A stretch of DNA of 64,000 nt from Squalus acanthias. Taxonomy: Eukaryota. Positions within the stretch are counted from its first letter, which is position 1; each line of letters starts with the position of its first letter. The stretch spans positions 744,001-808,000 of the forward strand of contig JASTWF010000123.1 of the NCBI GenBank assembly GCA_030390025.1. Direction: 5' to 3'. A program made the position numbers and the translations under genes. This document shows positions 14,302 to 27,705 of the stretch, one piece after another. The notes beneath the pieces were generated by a model. The model ran no database searches and was not told where the DNA came from. It worked only from the letters and a program-made list of their open reading frames with translations.

Positions 14302-17300
14302 AGACCTTGGGTGTAATCCCCCAGTGTTTGGTGCTGTGGTGTATTCCTCAATATCTGGTCCTGTGGTGTATTCCCCCAGTATCTGGTCCTGTGGTGTATT
14401 CCTCAATATCTGGTCCTGTGGTGTATTCCCCCAGTATCTGGTCCTGTGGTGTATTCCTCAATATCTGGTCCTGTGGTGTATTCCCCCAGTATCTGGTCCT
14501 GTGGTGTATTCCTCAATATCTGGTCCTGTGGTGTATTCCCTCAATATCTGGTCCTGTGGTGTATTCCCCCAGTATCTGGTTCTGGGGTGTATTCCTCCAC
14601 TGTTTGCGGCGGGGAGGTGGTGGGAGTGTGGAGGAGGTGGAATTCCCTCATATGGGACTGGGAAACTCCAATAGCTGGTCCAACAACAGCAACAACAACT
14701 ACTTCTATTTATATAGCGCTTTTAACGTAGTAAAACGTCACAAGGCGCTTCACAGGAGCGTTATCAAACAAAATTTGACATCGAACCACATAAGGAGATA
14801 TTAGCCGTCTTACAGGAGGAAAGAGAGATAGAGAGGCGGAGAGGTTTAGGGAGGGAATTCCAGAGCTTAGGGTCTCGGCAGCTGAAGCACGACCTCCAAT
14901 GGAGGAGCGACTAAATGCGCAAGAGGCCAGACTTGGACAACCGTAGAGTTCTCTCCCCCTCTCTCCCTGCCTCCTCCCTCCTTCTCACCCGCCTCCTCGC
15001 TCCCTGTCTCCCTGCATCCCTCTCTCACTCCCTCCTCCTCCCCCTGTCTTCCCCCTTCTCTCCCTCCCTCTCCCCCCTTCTCTCCCTCCCTCTCTCCTCG
15101 CTCCCCGCCCCACCCTGCACAGGGACAGAAGCTGGGATTCACAGACTGGCTGCACTTTGTACAAACAGACACCCTCCCTCCCTCTTCCCCCTTCTCTCCC
15201 TCCCTCTCTCCTCGCTCCCCGCCCCACCCTGCACAGGGACTGAAGCTGGGATTCACAGACTGGCTGCACTTTGTACAAACAGACCGCCTGGGCAATCGGC
15301 TGACAGGAGAGAAGCAAAAAGCACAAAACAGGAAGCAGATGCCCAGGCCGTTGTTTGCGAGCGATGGAGTGTGTAAAATCATACAGCAACAGATGCTGTT
15401 GCCTGGGAAACGATGCTGTAGCTGCCTGTCACTCTCGCTGCTGTGATAGATGGAAGGAGACTATTAAAGATTGGAAGAGAGAGTCAGAGTGAAGGCTATT
15501 ATATCGGGATATATACCCCACTATATTGTATCATGATTCTTCCATGACTATATTATGATTGATCCACCAGTGTATTGTATTATGATTAATCCACCATATA
15601 TTGTATTGAAATGTATCCAGGTATATTCCGTTGAATTGTGGAACCTATTTGCATTACTGGAGGGGGTGGAATTCCCTCATACATGGGAATGGGAATCGCC
15701 TCCAATATGTGGCCTGCGGTGTATTGCCCCAATATCTGGTCCTGTGGTGTAATCCCCCAGTTTCTGGTCCTGGGGTGTCTTCCTCAATATCTGCTCCTGT
15801 GGTGTATTCCCCCAATATGTGGTCCTGGTGTGTATTCCCCAATATCTGGACCTGGGGTGTATTCCCCCAGTATCTGGTCCTGAGGTGTATTCTCAAATAT
15901 GTGGCCCTGGGGTGTATTCCCCAATATCTGGACCTGGGGTGCATTCCCCCAATATCTGGTCCTGGGGTATATTCCCCAATATCTGGTCCTGGGATGCATT
16001 CCCCACTATTTAGTCCGGGGGTGTATACTCCCAATATCTGGACCTGGGGTGTATTCCCCAATATCTGGTCCTGGGATGCATTCCCCACGATTTAGTCCGG
16101 GGGTGTATTCTCCCAATATCTGGACCTGGGGTGTATTCCCCAATATCTGGTCCTGGGGTGTATTGCCCCAAGATCTGGTCCTGGGGTGTATTGCCCCAAG
16201 ATCTGGTCCTCGGGTGTATTCCCGAATATCTGGACCTGGGGTGTATTCCCCAATATCTGGTCCTGGGGTGTATTCCCCAATATCTGGTCCTGAGGTGTAT
16301 TGCCCCAAGATCTGGTCCTCGGGTGTATTCCCGAATATCTGCTCCTGGCGTGTATTCCCCAATATCTGTTCCTGGGGTGTATTCCCGAATATCTGGTCCT
16401 GGGGTGTCTTGCCCAATATCTGGTCCTGGGGTGTATTCCCCAATATCTGGTCCTAGGTTGTATTCCCCAATATCTGGTCCTGGGTTTGATTCCCCCACTC
16501 TGTGGTCATGGGGTGTATTCCCCCAATATCTGGTCCTGGGATGTAATTTCCAATATCTGGTATTCCTGAAAATGGACCTTTTGTGTATTCCCGAAAATCT
16601 GGTCCTGGGTTGTATTACCGCAGTCTATGGTCATGAGGTGTATTCCCCCTACATCTGGTCCTGGGGTGTATTCCTGAAAATGGACCTTGCGTGTATTCCC
16701 TAATATCTGATCCTGGGGTATATTCCCCAAGATCTGGTCCTGGGGTGTATTCCCCCAGTATCTGATCCTGGGGTATATTCCCCAATATCTGGTCCTGGGG
16801 TGCATTCCTCAATATCTGGTCCTGGGGTGCATTCCTCAATATCTGGTCCTGGGGTGTATTACCCCAGTAGCTGGTCCTGGGGTGTATTCCCGAATATCTG
16901 GTCCTGGGTTGTATTCCCCAATATCTGGTCCTGGGTTGTATTCTCGAATATCTGGTCCTGGGTTGTATTCCCCAATATCTGGTCCTGGGGTATATTCCCC
17001 ATATATCTGGTCCTGGGTTGTATTCCCCAAGATCTGGTCCTGGGTTGTATTCCCCAATATCTTGTCCTGGGTTGTATTCCCCAATATCTGGTCCTGGGGT
17101 GTATTACCCCAGTAGCTGGTCCTGGGGTGCATTCCCTCAATATTTGGTCCTGGGGTGTATTCCCCCATGATCTGGTCCTGGGGTGTATTCCCCAATATCT
17201 GGTCCTGGGGTGTATTCCCAGATATCTGGTCCTGGGGAGCATTCCCCAATATCTGGTCCTGGGTTGTATACCCCCAGTTTATTGTCATGGTGTTTATCCC

Positions 17301-20300
17301 CCAATATCTGTTCCTCGGATGTATTCCTGAAAATGGACCTTGGATGTATTCCCAAATATCTGGTCCTGGGTTGTATTCCCCAATATCTGGTCCTGCGTTG
17401 TATTACCCCAATATCTGCTCCTGGGGTGTATTACCCCAATATTTGGTCCCGTGGTGTATACCCCCATCATCTGGTCCTGTGTTTCCCCCCCAGTCTCTGG
17501 TAATGGGGTGTATTCCCGAATATCTGGTCCTCGGGTGTATTCCACCAGTACGTGGTACTGGGGTCTATTCCCCAATATCTGGCCCTGGGATGTATTCCCC
17601 AATATCTGGTCCTGGGGTGTATTCCCCAATATCTAGTCCTGGGGTGTAATCCCCAATATCTGGTCCTGGGGTGTATTCCCCCAATATCTGGTCCTGGGGT
17701 GTATTCCCCAATATCTGATCCTGGGGTGTATACCCCAATATCTGGTCCTAGGGTGTATTCCCCAATACCTATTGCTGGGGTGTGTTCCCAAATATCTGGT
17801 CTTGGTGTGTATTCCCCAATATGTGGTCCTGGGGTGTATTCCCGAATATCTGGTCCTGGGGTATATTCCCCAATATCTGGTCCTGGGGCGTATTCCCCAA
17901 TACCTATTGCTGGGGTGTATTCCCGAATATCTGGTCCTGGGGTGTATTCCTGAATATCTGGACCTGGGGTGTATTCCCGAATATCTGGTCCTGGGGTATA
18001 TTCCCCAATATCTGGTCCTGGGGTGTATTCCCCAATATCTGGTCCTGGGGTGTATTCCTCAATATCTGGTCCTGGGGTGTATTCCCCAATGTGTGGTCCT
18101 GTAGTTTATTCCCCAATATGTGGTCCTGGGGTGTAATCCCCCAATATGTGGTCCTGGCGTGTATTTCCCAATATCTGGACCTGGTGTGCATTCCCGAATA
18201 TCTGGTCCTGAGGTTTATTCCCCCAGTTTATGGTCATGGGGTATATTTTCCCAATATCTGGTCCTGGGATGTATTCCTGAAAATGGACCTTGGGTGTATT
18301 CCCGAATATCCGGTCCTGGGTTGTATTCCCCAATATCTGGTCCTGGGTTGTATTCCCCAATATCTGGTCCTGGGTTGTATTCCCGAATATCTGGTCCTGG
18401 GTTGTATTCCCCAATATCTGGTCCTGGGGTATATTCCCCATATATCTGGTCCTGGGTTGTTTCCCCAAGATCTGGTCCTGGGTTGTATTCCCCAAGATCT
18501 GGTCCTGGGTTGTATTCCCCAATATCTGGTCCTGGGTTGTATTCCCCAATATCTGGTCCTGGTGTGTATTACCCCAATATCTGCTCCTGGGGTGTTTTAC
18601 CACAATATCTGGTCCTGGGGTGTATTCCCCCAATATCTGGTCCTGGGGTATATTCCCCAATATCTGGTCCTGGGGTATATTCCTGAATATCTGGACCTGG
18701 GGTGTATTCCCCAATATCTGGTACTGGGGTATATTCCCCAATATCTGGACTTTGGGTTTATTCCCGAATATCTGCTCCTGAGGTTTATTCCCCCAATATG
18801 TGGTCCTGGGGTGTATTCCCCAATATCTGGACCTGGTGTGTATTCCCGAATATCTGGTCCTTAGGTTTATTCCCCCAATTTGTGGTCCTGGGGTGTATTC
18901 CCGAATATCTGGTCCTGGGGTGTATTACCCGAATATCTGGTCCTGGGGTTTATTCCCGAATATCTGAACCTTGGGTGGGTTCCCGAATATCTGCTCCTGG
19001 GGTGTGTTCCCCCAATAACTGGTGCTGGGGTATATTCCTGAATATCTGGACATTGGGTGTGTTCCCGAATATCTGGTCCTGGGGTGTATTACCCGAATAT
19101 CTGGTCCTGGGGTTTATTCCCGAATATCTGAACCTTGGGTGTGTTCCCGAATATCTGCTCCTGGGGTGTGTTCCCCCAATAACTGGTCCTGAGGTGTATT
19201 CCTGAATATCTGGACCTTGCGTGTATTCCTGAATATCTGGTCCTTGGTGGTGTTCCCGAATATCTGCTCCTGGGGTGTATTCCCCCAATATCTGGTCCTG
19301 GGGAATATTCTCCAATATCTGGTCCTGGGGCATATTCCCGAATATCTGGTCCTGGGGTGTATTCCCCCAATTTCTGGTCTTGGGCTGTATTCCCCAATGT
19401 GTGGTCCTGGGGTGTATTCCCCCAATATTTGGTCCCAGGTATATGCCCCAATATCTGGTCCTGTGGTGTATTCTCCCAATATCTGGACCTGGGTTGTATT
19501 CCCGAATATCTGGTCCTGGGCTGTATTTCCCCAGTATCTGGTCCTGGGGTGTCTTCCCCAATATGATGTCCTGGGGTGTATTCCCGAATATCTGGTCCTG
19601 GGGTGTATTCCCCCAATATCTGGTCCTGGAGTGTATTTCCCCAATATCTGGTCCTGGGATGTATTCCTGAAAATGGACCTTGGGTGTATTCCCGAATATC
19701 CGGTCCTGGGTTGTATTCCCCAATATCTGGTCCTGGGTTGTATTCCCGAATATCTGGTCCTGGGTTGTATTCCCCATATATCTGGTCCTGGGGTATATTC
19801 CCCATATATCTGGTCCTGGGTTGTATTCCCCACATATCTGGTCCTGGGTTGTATTCCACAATATCTGGTCCTGGGTTGTAATCCCCAATATCTGGTCCTG
19901 GGGTGTATTCCCGAATATCTGGTCCTGGTGTGTATTACCCCAATATCTGCTCCTGGGGTGTTTTACCCCAATATTTGGTCCTGGGGTATATTCCCCCAAT
20001 ATCTGGTCCCGTGGTGTATACCCCCATCATCTGGTCCTAGGTTTTCCCCCCAGTCTCTGGTAATGGGGTGTATTCCCGAATATCTGGTCCTGGGGTATAT
20101 TCCACCAGTACCTGGTACTGGGGTCTATTCCCCAATATCTGGCCCTGGGGTGTATTCCCCAATATCTGGCCCTGGGGTGTATTCCCCAATATCTAGTCCT
20201 GGGGTGTAATCCCCAATATCTGGTCCTGGGGTGTATTCCCCCAATATCTGGTCCTGGGGTGTATTCCCCCAGTATCTGGTCCTGGGGTGTATTCCCCCAA

Positions 20301-22660
20301 TATCTGGTCCTGGGGTGTATTCCCCCAATATCTGGTCCTGGGGCATATTCCCCCAATTTCTGGTCCTGGGGTGTACTCCCCAATATCTGATCCTGGGGTA
20401 TATTCCCCAATATCTGGACTTGGGGTGTATCCTGAATATCTGGTCCTGGGGTATATTGCCCAATATCTGGTCCTAGGGTGTATTTCCCAATACCTATTGC
20501 TGGGGTGTATTCCTGAATATGTGGCCTGGGGTGTATTCCCGAATATCTGGTCCTGGGGTATATTTTCCAATATCTGGTCCTGGGGTATATTCTCCAATAT
20601 CTGGTCCTGGGGCGTATTCCCCAATACCTATTGCTGGGGTGTATTCCCGAATATCTGGACCTGGGGTGTATACCTGAATATCTGATCCTGGGGTATATTC
20701 CCCAATATCTGGTCCTGGGGTATATTCCCGAATATCTGGTCCTGGGGTGTATTCCTGAATATCTGGACCTGGGGTGTATTCCCGAATATCTGGTCCTGGG
20801 GTGTATTCCTGAATATCTGGACCTGGGATGTATTCCCCAATATCTGGTCCTGGGGTTTATTCCCGAATATCTGAACCTTGGGTGTGTTCCTGAATATCTG
20901 CTCCCGGGGTGTGTTCCCCCAATAACTGGTCCTGAGGTGTATTCCTGAATATCTGGACCTTGCGTGTATTCCTGAATATCTGGTCCTTGGTGGTGTTCCC
21001 GAATATCTGCTCCTGGGGTGTATTCCCCCAATATCTGGTCCTGGGGTATATTCTCCACTATCTGGTCCTGGGGCATATTCCCGAATATCTGGTCCTGGGG
21101 TGTATTCCCCCAATAACTGGTCCTGGGGTATATTCCACAATATCTGGTCCTGTGGTGTATTCCCCAATATCTAGTCCTGGGGTATATTCCCCAATATCTA
21201 GTCCTGGGGTGTATTCCCCCAATTTCTGGTCCTGGGCTGTATTTCCCCAATATCTGGTCCTGGGGTGTATTCCCCATTATCTGGAATTGGTGTGTATTCC
21301 CCAATATCTAGTCCTGGGGTGTATTCCCCCAATTTCTGGTCCTGTGGTGTATTTCCCAACATCTGATCTTGGGGTGTATTACCCCAATATCTGGACCTGG
21401 GGTGTATTCCCGAATATCTGGTCCTGAGGTTTATTCCCCCAATATGTGGTCCTGGGTTGTATTCCCCCAATATCTGGTCCTGGGGTGTATTTCCCCAGTT
21501 TCTGGTCATGGGGTGTATTCCCCCAATATCTGGTCCTGGGGTGTTTTCCCGAATATCTGGACCTTGGGTGTGTTCCCGAATATCTGATCCTGGAGTGTAT
21601 TCCTCAATATCTCGTCCTGGGGTATATTCTTGAATATCTGGACCCTTGGTGTCTTACCAAATATCTGGTCCTGGGTGTAATCACCAATATCTGGTCCTGG
21701 GGCGTATTCCCCCATTATCTGGTCCTGGAGTGTATTCCCCAATACCTGGTCCTGGGGTGTATTCCCCCAGTATCTGGTCCTGGGGTGTATTCCCAAATAT
21801 GTGGTCCTGAGGTGTATTCCTCCAATATCTGGTCCTGGGGTATATTCCCCAATATCTGGACCTGGTGTGTATTCCCGAATATCTGGTCCTGAGGTGTATT
21901 TCCCCAATATGTGGTCCTGGGGTGTATTACCCCAGTATCTCGTTCTGGGTTGTATTGCCCCAATATTTGGTCCTGGGGTGCATTCCTCCAATATGTGGTC
22001 CTGGGGGATAATCCCCCATTACCTGGTCCTGGGTTGTATTGCCCCAATATCTGGTCCTGGGGTATATTCCCCCATTTTCTGGTCATGGGGTGCAGATCCC
22101 AATATCTAGTCCTGGGGTGTATTCCCCCAGTATCTGGTCCTGGGGTGTATTCCCCAACATCTGGTCCTGGGGTGTATTACCCCAACATCTGGTCCTGGGG
22201 TTTATTTCCCCAATATTTGGTCCTTGGTTGTATTCCCCCATTTTCTGGTCCTTGGGTGTAATTCTCCAAAATACTGGTCCTGGGGTGCACTCCCCAATAT
22301 TTGTTCCTGGAGTGCATTCCCCCAATATCTGACCCTGGGGTGTACTCCCCAATATCTTGTCCTTGGATGTATTACTCCAGTTGCTGGTCCTGGGTTGTAT
22401 TGCCCATTTTCTGGTCCTGTGGTGTATTCCCCCAATGACTGTACTGGGTGATTCCCGATTGTCCTGTTGCTGTTGGTGTTGTTTGGATGTAATTCTATGT
22501 AGTGATGCCAGGAAGTTCCTCATACGAGGCATGAACACTAAGGATAAGTCGTGCAGGGGAAGGCCCTGCAGAGGTGAGGGAACTAAGATGGACCGAATGG
22601 CCTCCCTCAGTCTTATCCATCTCTTCACACGTCCACTGATTTCATTTCACCTTTTTGTTC

Positions 22661-22666
22661 TTTATT
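22661..22666 (-). promoter_or_regulatory. Putative polyadenylation signal (AATAAA) of the membrane-form mRNA
   Basis: TTTATT on the plus strand, about 1.6 kb downstream of the TM2 stop and just before the satellite begins. Confidence 0.5.
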
Positions 22667-22782
22667 GAACTGATTTCACACCGAAACTTTAACACTAGTG
22701 GAAAACGTAAAGCAAAGCAACAGGCAGTAATTTGAACATTTGTTTTTACAATAATTTGCTTTTCAAGATCCCGAGAACTGGG

Positions 22783-23457
22783 TCCCCCCCTCCTCCCATA
22801 TCCCCATCCCCACTCTCTCCCTCCCCTCCCCCATTCCCCTCCTCCCCCACTCTCCCCTCCGCATCCCCACTCTCTCCGTCCCCGCCCCCATGCCCCTCCT
22901 CCCCGCTCTCCCCTCCCCATCCCCACTCTCTACCTCCCCTCCCCATTCCCCTCCTTCCCACTCTCCCCTCCCCTCCCCATTCCCCTCCTTCCCACTCTCC
23001 CCTCCCCATTCCCCCACTCTCCCTCCCCTCCCCCATGCCCCTCCTCCCCCACTCTCCCCTCCCCATCCCCACTCTCTCCCTCCCCTTCCGCATTCCCCTC
23101 CTCCCCCGCTCTCCTCTCCCCATCCCCACTCTCTCCGTCCCCTCCCCAATTCCCCTCCTCCCCCGCTCTCCCCTCCCCATCCCCACTCTCTCCGTCCCCT
23201 CCCCATGCCCCTCCTCCCCTGCTCTCCCCTCCCCATCCCCCCACTCTCTCCCTCCCCTCCCCCATTCCCCTCCTTCCCACTCTCCCCTCCCCATCCCCAC
23301 TCTCTCCGTCCCCTCCCCCATTCCCCTCCTTCCCACTCTCCCCTCCCCATCCCCACTCTCTCCGCCCCCTCCCCCATGCCCCTCCTCCACCAGTCTCCCC
23401 TCCCCATCCCCCCACTCTCTCATTCCCCTCCTCCCCCGCTCTCCCCTCCCCCCACTC
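22783..23457. repeat. C/T-rich low-complexity tandem repeat (CTCTCCCCTCCCCATCCCCACT...), G-rich on the minus strand
   Basis: Direct inspection. Confidence 0.9.
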
Positions 23458-24273
23458 TGTTGGCATATGGAACTCAGTTAATTCAGCTTCTGAAAGGTGT
23501 TCATGTTTAGTTCATGCAAAATGGGGAAAAAATGTGGTTGGCATCATTCGAGAGAGGGAGAGAGAATATCGATTTCACTTAGCAACAGCTGGTGTACGCA
23601 ACCAACCGTCCTCGGATATTTTCATAATGGAATGTTTAAATTAGAAATGTTATGATAACAATGTCTGGAGACTAGAAGGTTTATGCTCATCACAGCAAGG
23701 CCACGGTGTTTTTACGTGCATCGAACGTTGTTGATGTATGTTGAAGTAAATGTAGACTTGTGTCTCTGGACTATGCAGTTGCCAGAGACGATCATATTAG
23801 GCGATGCTAGTTCCAGTTTGATAAGAAAACAGTGCAGAAATATAAGCTTTTTCCTTTGTTCAAGCAGCACGAAAAGACCCATGCCGAGGTTCGCGTGTTC
23901 TATCTGTGACTGTACTCCGCTTGTAAATTGCTTTTTATGCTGAAGTTAAAGAGTAAAATTATTATAACCAGAAGACTGAATTCATTACTGCTCAAGTAAA
24001 AACAGAAGTCTGTTTTAAGACAACACACTCCCTCTCTGCTCCCCCACTCCCCTACTCTTCCCCATCTCTCCTCTTCCCCCACTCTCCTCTCAAGCTTCCC
24101 CAGTCCATTTGAAAGGTTTATCTCCCAGAATGAGCTGTTGCAGTGCAGTAGCCGAGCATTTCCCAGTGTGCGAAGGAGAGGCTCCATTCCCAAACATCAG
24201 CGACCTCACAGGGACATTTCTGGACAATTGGCATCTTGGACTGGTCTGAATGTGAGGCGCATGTATCTGCTGG

Positions 24274-24285
24274 TCACTGCTGAAC
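24274..24285 (-). CDS. IgW: IgW transmembrane exon 2 (cytoplasmic tail VQQ*)
   Basis: Strong acceptor ttttactcttctgtctgtattacag followed by GTT CAG CAG TGA. Phase 0 matches the TM1 donor (AAG|gtaacc), giving the tail KVQQ. Confidence 0.72.
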   Translation of the reverse strand, partial: VQQ

Positions 24286-24344
24286 CTGTAATACAGACAG
24301 AAGAGTAAAATGCTTGTGTGTGCCAAGGTGTAACAGGCAATATA

Positions 24345-25332
24345 ACCCTAAAGGAGGGGTGATCTGTCCTTATTCTAGGCAATGGACCCTAAAGGACAGA
24401 CGGTCTGTCCTTATTCTAGGAGATGGGGCCTAAAGACAGGTGGTCTGTCGTTATTCTAGGCGATGGGGCCTAAAGGACAGGTGGTCTGTCCTTATTCTAG
24501 GCAATGGACCCTAAAGGACAGGCGGTCTGTCCTTATTCTAGGAGATGGGGCCAAAGGACAGGCGGTCTGTCCTTATTCTAGGAGATAGGGCCTAAAGACA
24601 GGTAGTCTGTCGTTATTCTAGGCGATGGGGCCTACAGGACAGACGGTCTGTCGTTATTCTAGGCGATGGGGCCTACAGGACAGGTGGTCTGTCCTTATTC
24701 TAGGCGATGGGGCCTACAGGACAGGTGGTCTGTCGTTATTCTAGGCGATGGGGCCTACAGGACAGACGGTCTGTCATTATTCTAGGCGATGGGGCCTAAA
24801 GGACAGGCGGTTTGTCCTTATTCTAGGAGATGGATCCTAAAGGACAGGTGGTCTATCCTTATTCCAGGAGATGGATCCTAAAGGACAGGTGGTCTGTCCT
24901 TATTCTAGGAGATGGACCGTATAGGACAGGTGGTCTGTCCTTATTCTAGGAGATGGATCCTAAAGGACAGGTGGTCTGTCCTTTTTCTAGGAGATGGGGC
25001 ATAAAGGACAGGTGGTCTGTCCTTATTCTAGGAGATGGACCCTAAAGGACAGGTGGTCTGTCCTTATTCTAGGAGATGGGGCATAAAGGACAGGTGGTCT
25101 GTCCTTATTCTAGGAGATGGACCCTAAAAGACAGGTGGTCTGTCCATATTCTAGGAGATGAGGCCAAAGGACAGGTGGTTTGTCCTTATTCTAGGAGATG
25201 GATCCTAAAGGACAGGTGGTCTGTCCTTATTCTAGGAGATGGGGCCTAAAGGACAGGTGGTCTGTCCTTATTCTAGGAGATGGATCCTAAAGGACAGGTG
25301 GTCTGTCCTTATTCTAGGAGATGAGGCCAAAG
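24345..25332. repeat. 41-bp minisatellite (GGACAGGTGGTCTGTCCTTATTCTAGGAGATGGGGCCTAAA), about 24 copies
   Basis: Period 41 (e.g. 25210 to 25251). Internal inverted repeat AAGGACAG-5nt-CTGTCCTT. Confidence 0.95.
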
Positions 25333-26741
25333 GTCAGAGTGAAAAAAGGGACGTTGGCACAAGGGAAGGAGCTGATTGGTGAGTAGCTGGTGAGTGCATT
25401 TTTTTTATATGTTTATCTGTTTATTTCTGCTAAGTTAGTTATTAGCCTATCAAATAGAGGGGAAGAGGTGATTGGTGAGTAGCTGGGGAGAGGTTTTTGT
25501 TAAGTTTTAAGTTTATTTCTGCTGGGTTAGTTCTTAGTCTGTTAAATCGAGGCATGGCAGGGCAGCTCAGTCCCGTGGAGTGCACCTCCTGTGCCATGTG
25601 GGAAGTCCTGGATGCTTCGCGTAGCCTCAACGACCATATGTGCGGGAAGTGTCGCCAGCTACAGCAACTCGAGCTCTGGGTTTCGGAGCTTGAGCGGCGG
25701 CTGGAGTCACTGTGGTGCATTCGCAAGGCTGAGAGTTAAGTGGATAGCACGTTTCTAGAGGTGGTCACCCCGCAGCTTAAGAGTATGCAGGCAGAGAGGG
25801 AATGGGTGACTGCCAGACAGAAGAGGAGGACCAGGCAGGTAGTGCAGGAGTCCCCAGAGTGCATCGCGCTCTCCAACCAGTATTCTGTTCTGAGTACTGG
25901 TGAGGGAGATGATTCCTCTGGGGAGTGCAGCCAGAGTCAAGTCCATGGTACCACGGGTGGCTCAGCTGCACAGGGGGGAAGGGAAAAGAGTGGAAGAGCA
26001 ATAGTGGTAGGGGATTCGATAGTTAGGGGAGCAGACAGGCGTTTCCGCGGCCGTAGACATAACTCCAGGATGGTATGTTGCCTCCCTGGTGCCAGGGTCA
26101 AGGATGTCACTGCGCGGCTGCAGTACACTCTGAGCAGGGGGAGGGTGAACAGCCAGAGGTCGTTGTCCATATCGGTACCAAGGACATAGGCAGAAAGAGG
26201 GATGAGGTCCTGCAGGCAGTGTTTAGGGAGCTAGGAGAGAGATTAAAAAGCAGGACCTCAAAGGTAGTAATCTCCAGATTACTCCCGGTGCCACGTGCTA
26301 GTGAGTACAGGAATAGGAGGAAAGAACAGATGAATGCGTGGCTGGAGAGAGGGGGCTTTAGATTCCTAAGGCATTCGGACCGTTTCTGGGGAAGATGGGA
26401 CCTGTACAAGCTGGACGGGTTACACCTCAACAGAGCCGGGATCAATATACTCGCGGGGAGGTTTGTTAGTGCTGTTGGTGAGGGTTTAAACTAGCTTGGC
26501 AGGGGGATGGGCACCAGCATATAGGAGTAGAAAAGAGGAATAAGGTGCATAAAAGAGTCAGTGTGTTGGATAGTACTGGAGAAGATAGTACTAGAGGCGG
26601 AAGTAGTACCATATTAGATAGAAGCAGACTAAGAAAGACTACGAAAAATTCAAAAATGGGTTTAGAATGCATGTACGTAAACGCACAAAGTGTGATGAAT
26701 AAAGTTGGTGAGCTACAAGCATAGTTAGCCGTGTGACAATA

Positions 26742-27705
26742 TCTTCTTCTTCTTCTTCTTCTTCTTCTTCGGCAGTCCCTCAGAGCCGAGATGACTTGCT
26801 TCCACACTAAAAATGAGTTCTCAGGTGACTGATGAGTCCAATGCAGGACCTACAGTCTCTGTTACAGGTGGGGCAGATGGTGGTTGAAGGGGTGGGTGGG
26901 TGGGGTGCTTGGGTTGACGTGCGCTCCTTCCGCTGTTTACGCTTGGCTTCTGCTTGCTCCCGGCGAAGAGACGCGAGGTGTTCGGCGCCTTCCCGGATGC
27001 TTCTCCTCCAGTTTGTGCAGTCTTGGGCCAGGGATTCCCAGGTGTTGGTGGGGATGTTGCACTTTTTCAAGGAGGCTTTGAGGGTGTCCTTGAAGCGTTT
27101 CCTCTGCCCACCTGGGGCTGTCTTGCCGTGTCGGAGCTCCGAGTAGGGCGCTTGTTTTGGGAGTCTCGTATCGGGCATGCGGACGATGTGGCCCGTCCAT
27201 CGGAGCTAATCGAGCATGGTCAAAGCTTCGATGCTGGGGATGTTCGCCTGAGTGAGAACACTGACGTTGGTGCGCCTATCCTGCCAATGGATTTGCAGGA
27301 TCTTGCGGAGGCAGCGTTGGTGGTACCTCTCCAGTGCTTGGAGGTGCCTGCTGTACATGGTCCATGTCTCTGTAGCATACAGGAGGGTGGGTATCACTAC
27401 TGCTCTGTAGACCATGAGCTTGGTGCTGGGTTTCAGGACCTGGTCTTCAAACACTCTCTTCCTCAGGTGACCGAAGGCTGCACTGGCACACTGAAAGCGG
27501 TGTTGGACTTCGTCATCGACGTTTGCCCTTGTAGACAGTAGGCTCCCGAGGTATGGAAATTGGTCCACGTTGTCCAAGGCCTCGTCATGGATTTTGATAA
27601 TCGGGGGGCAGTACTGTGTGGCAGGGGCAGGTTGGTAGAGGACCTTTGTCTTACAGATGTTTAGTGTAAGGCCCATGCTCTTGTGCGCTTCGGTGAAGGT
27701 GTTGA
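26742..27705 (-). mobile_element. RTE-clade LINE 3' fragment nested in CR1
   Basis: Translation GLTLNICKTKV, FPYLGS, LLYATETWT, RCLRKILQIHW, C-terminal CxxC...HxxxH, and a (GAA)n tail at 26742-26770. It interrupts CR1 ORF2 just before DVVAITE. Confidence 0.9.

Larger units (their letters stand above)
1..22450. repeat. 27/28-bp tandem satellite (consensus TATCTGGTCCTGGGGTGTATTCCCC(C)AR), interrupted by L2 fragments and CT-rich blocks
   Basis: Hundreds of tandem units. Main arrays at about 180-2420, 5130-6300, 9220-12990, 14330-14600 and 15700-22440. The repeating ISGPGVYSP/QYLVLGCIP/NIWSWGVFP ORFs are three frames of this unit. Confidence 0.97.

Noticed and set aside
1-22450. Dozens of long ORFs (up to 432 aa) on both strands
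   Set aside because: They are translations of the 27/28-bp satellite, open in all frames, with no domain or splice structure.
22642-22650. GTG AAA TGA (VK*) on the minus strand as an alternative TM2 exon
   Set aside because: The preceding sequence is purine-rich (aaagaacaaaaag). The 24274-24285 candidate has a much better acceptor and comes first.
22732-23510. Pro-rich and Gly-rich ORFs of 180-250 aa
   Set aside because: They are translations of a C/T low-complexity repeat.
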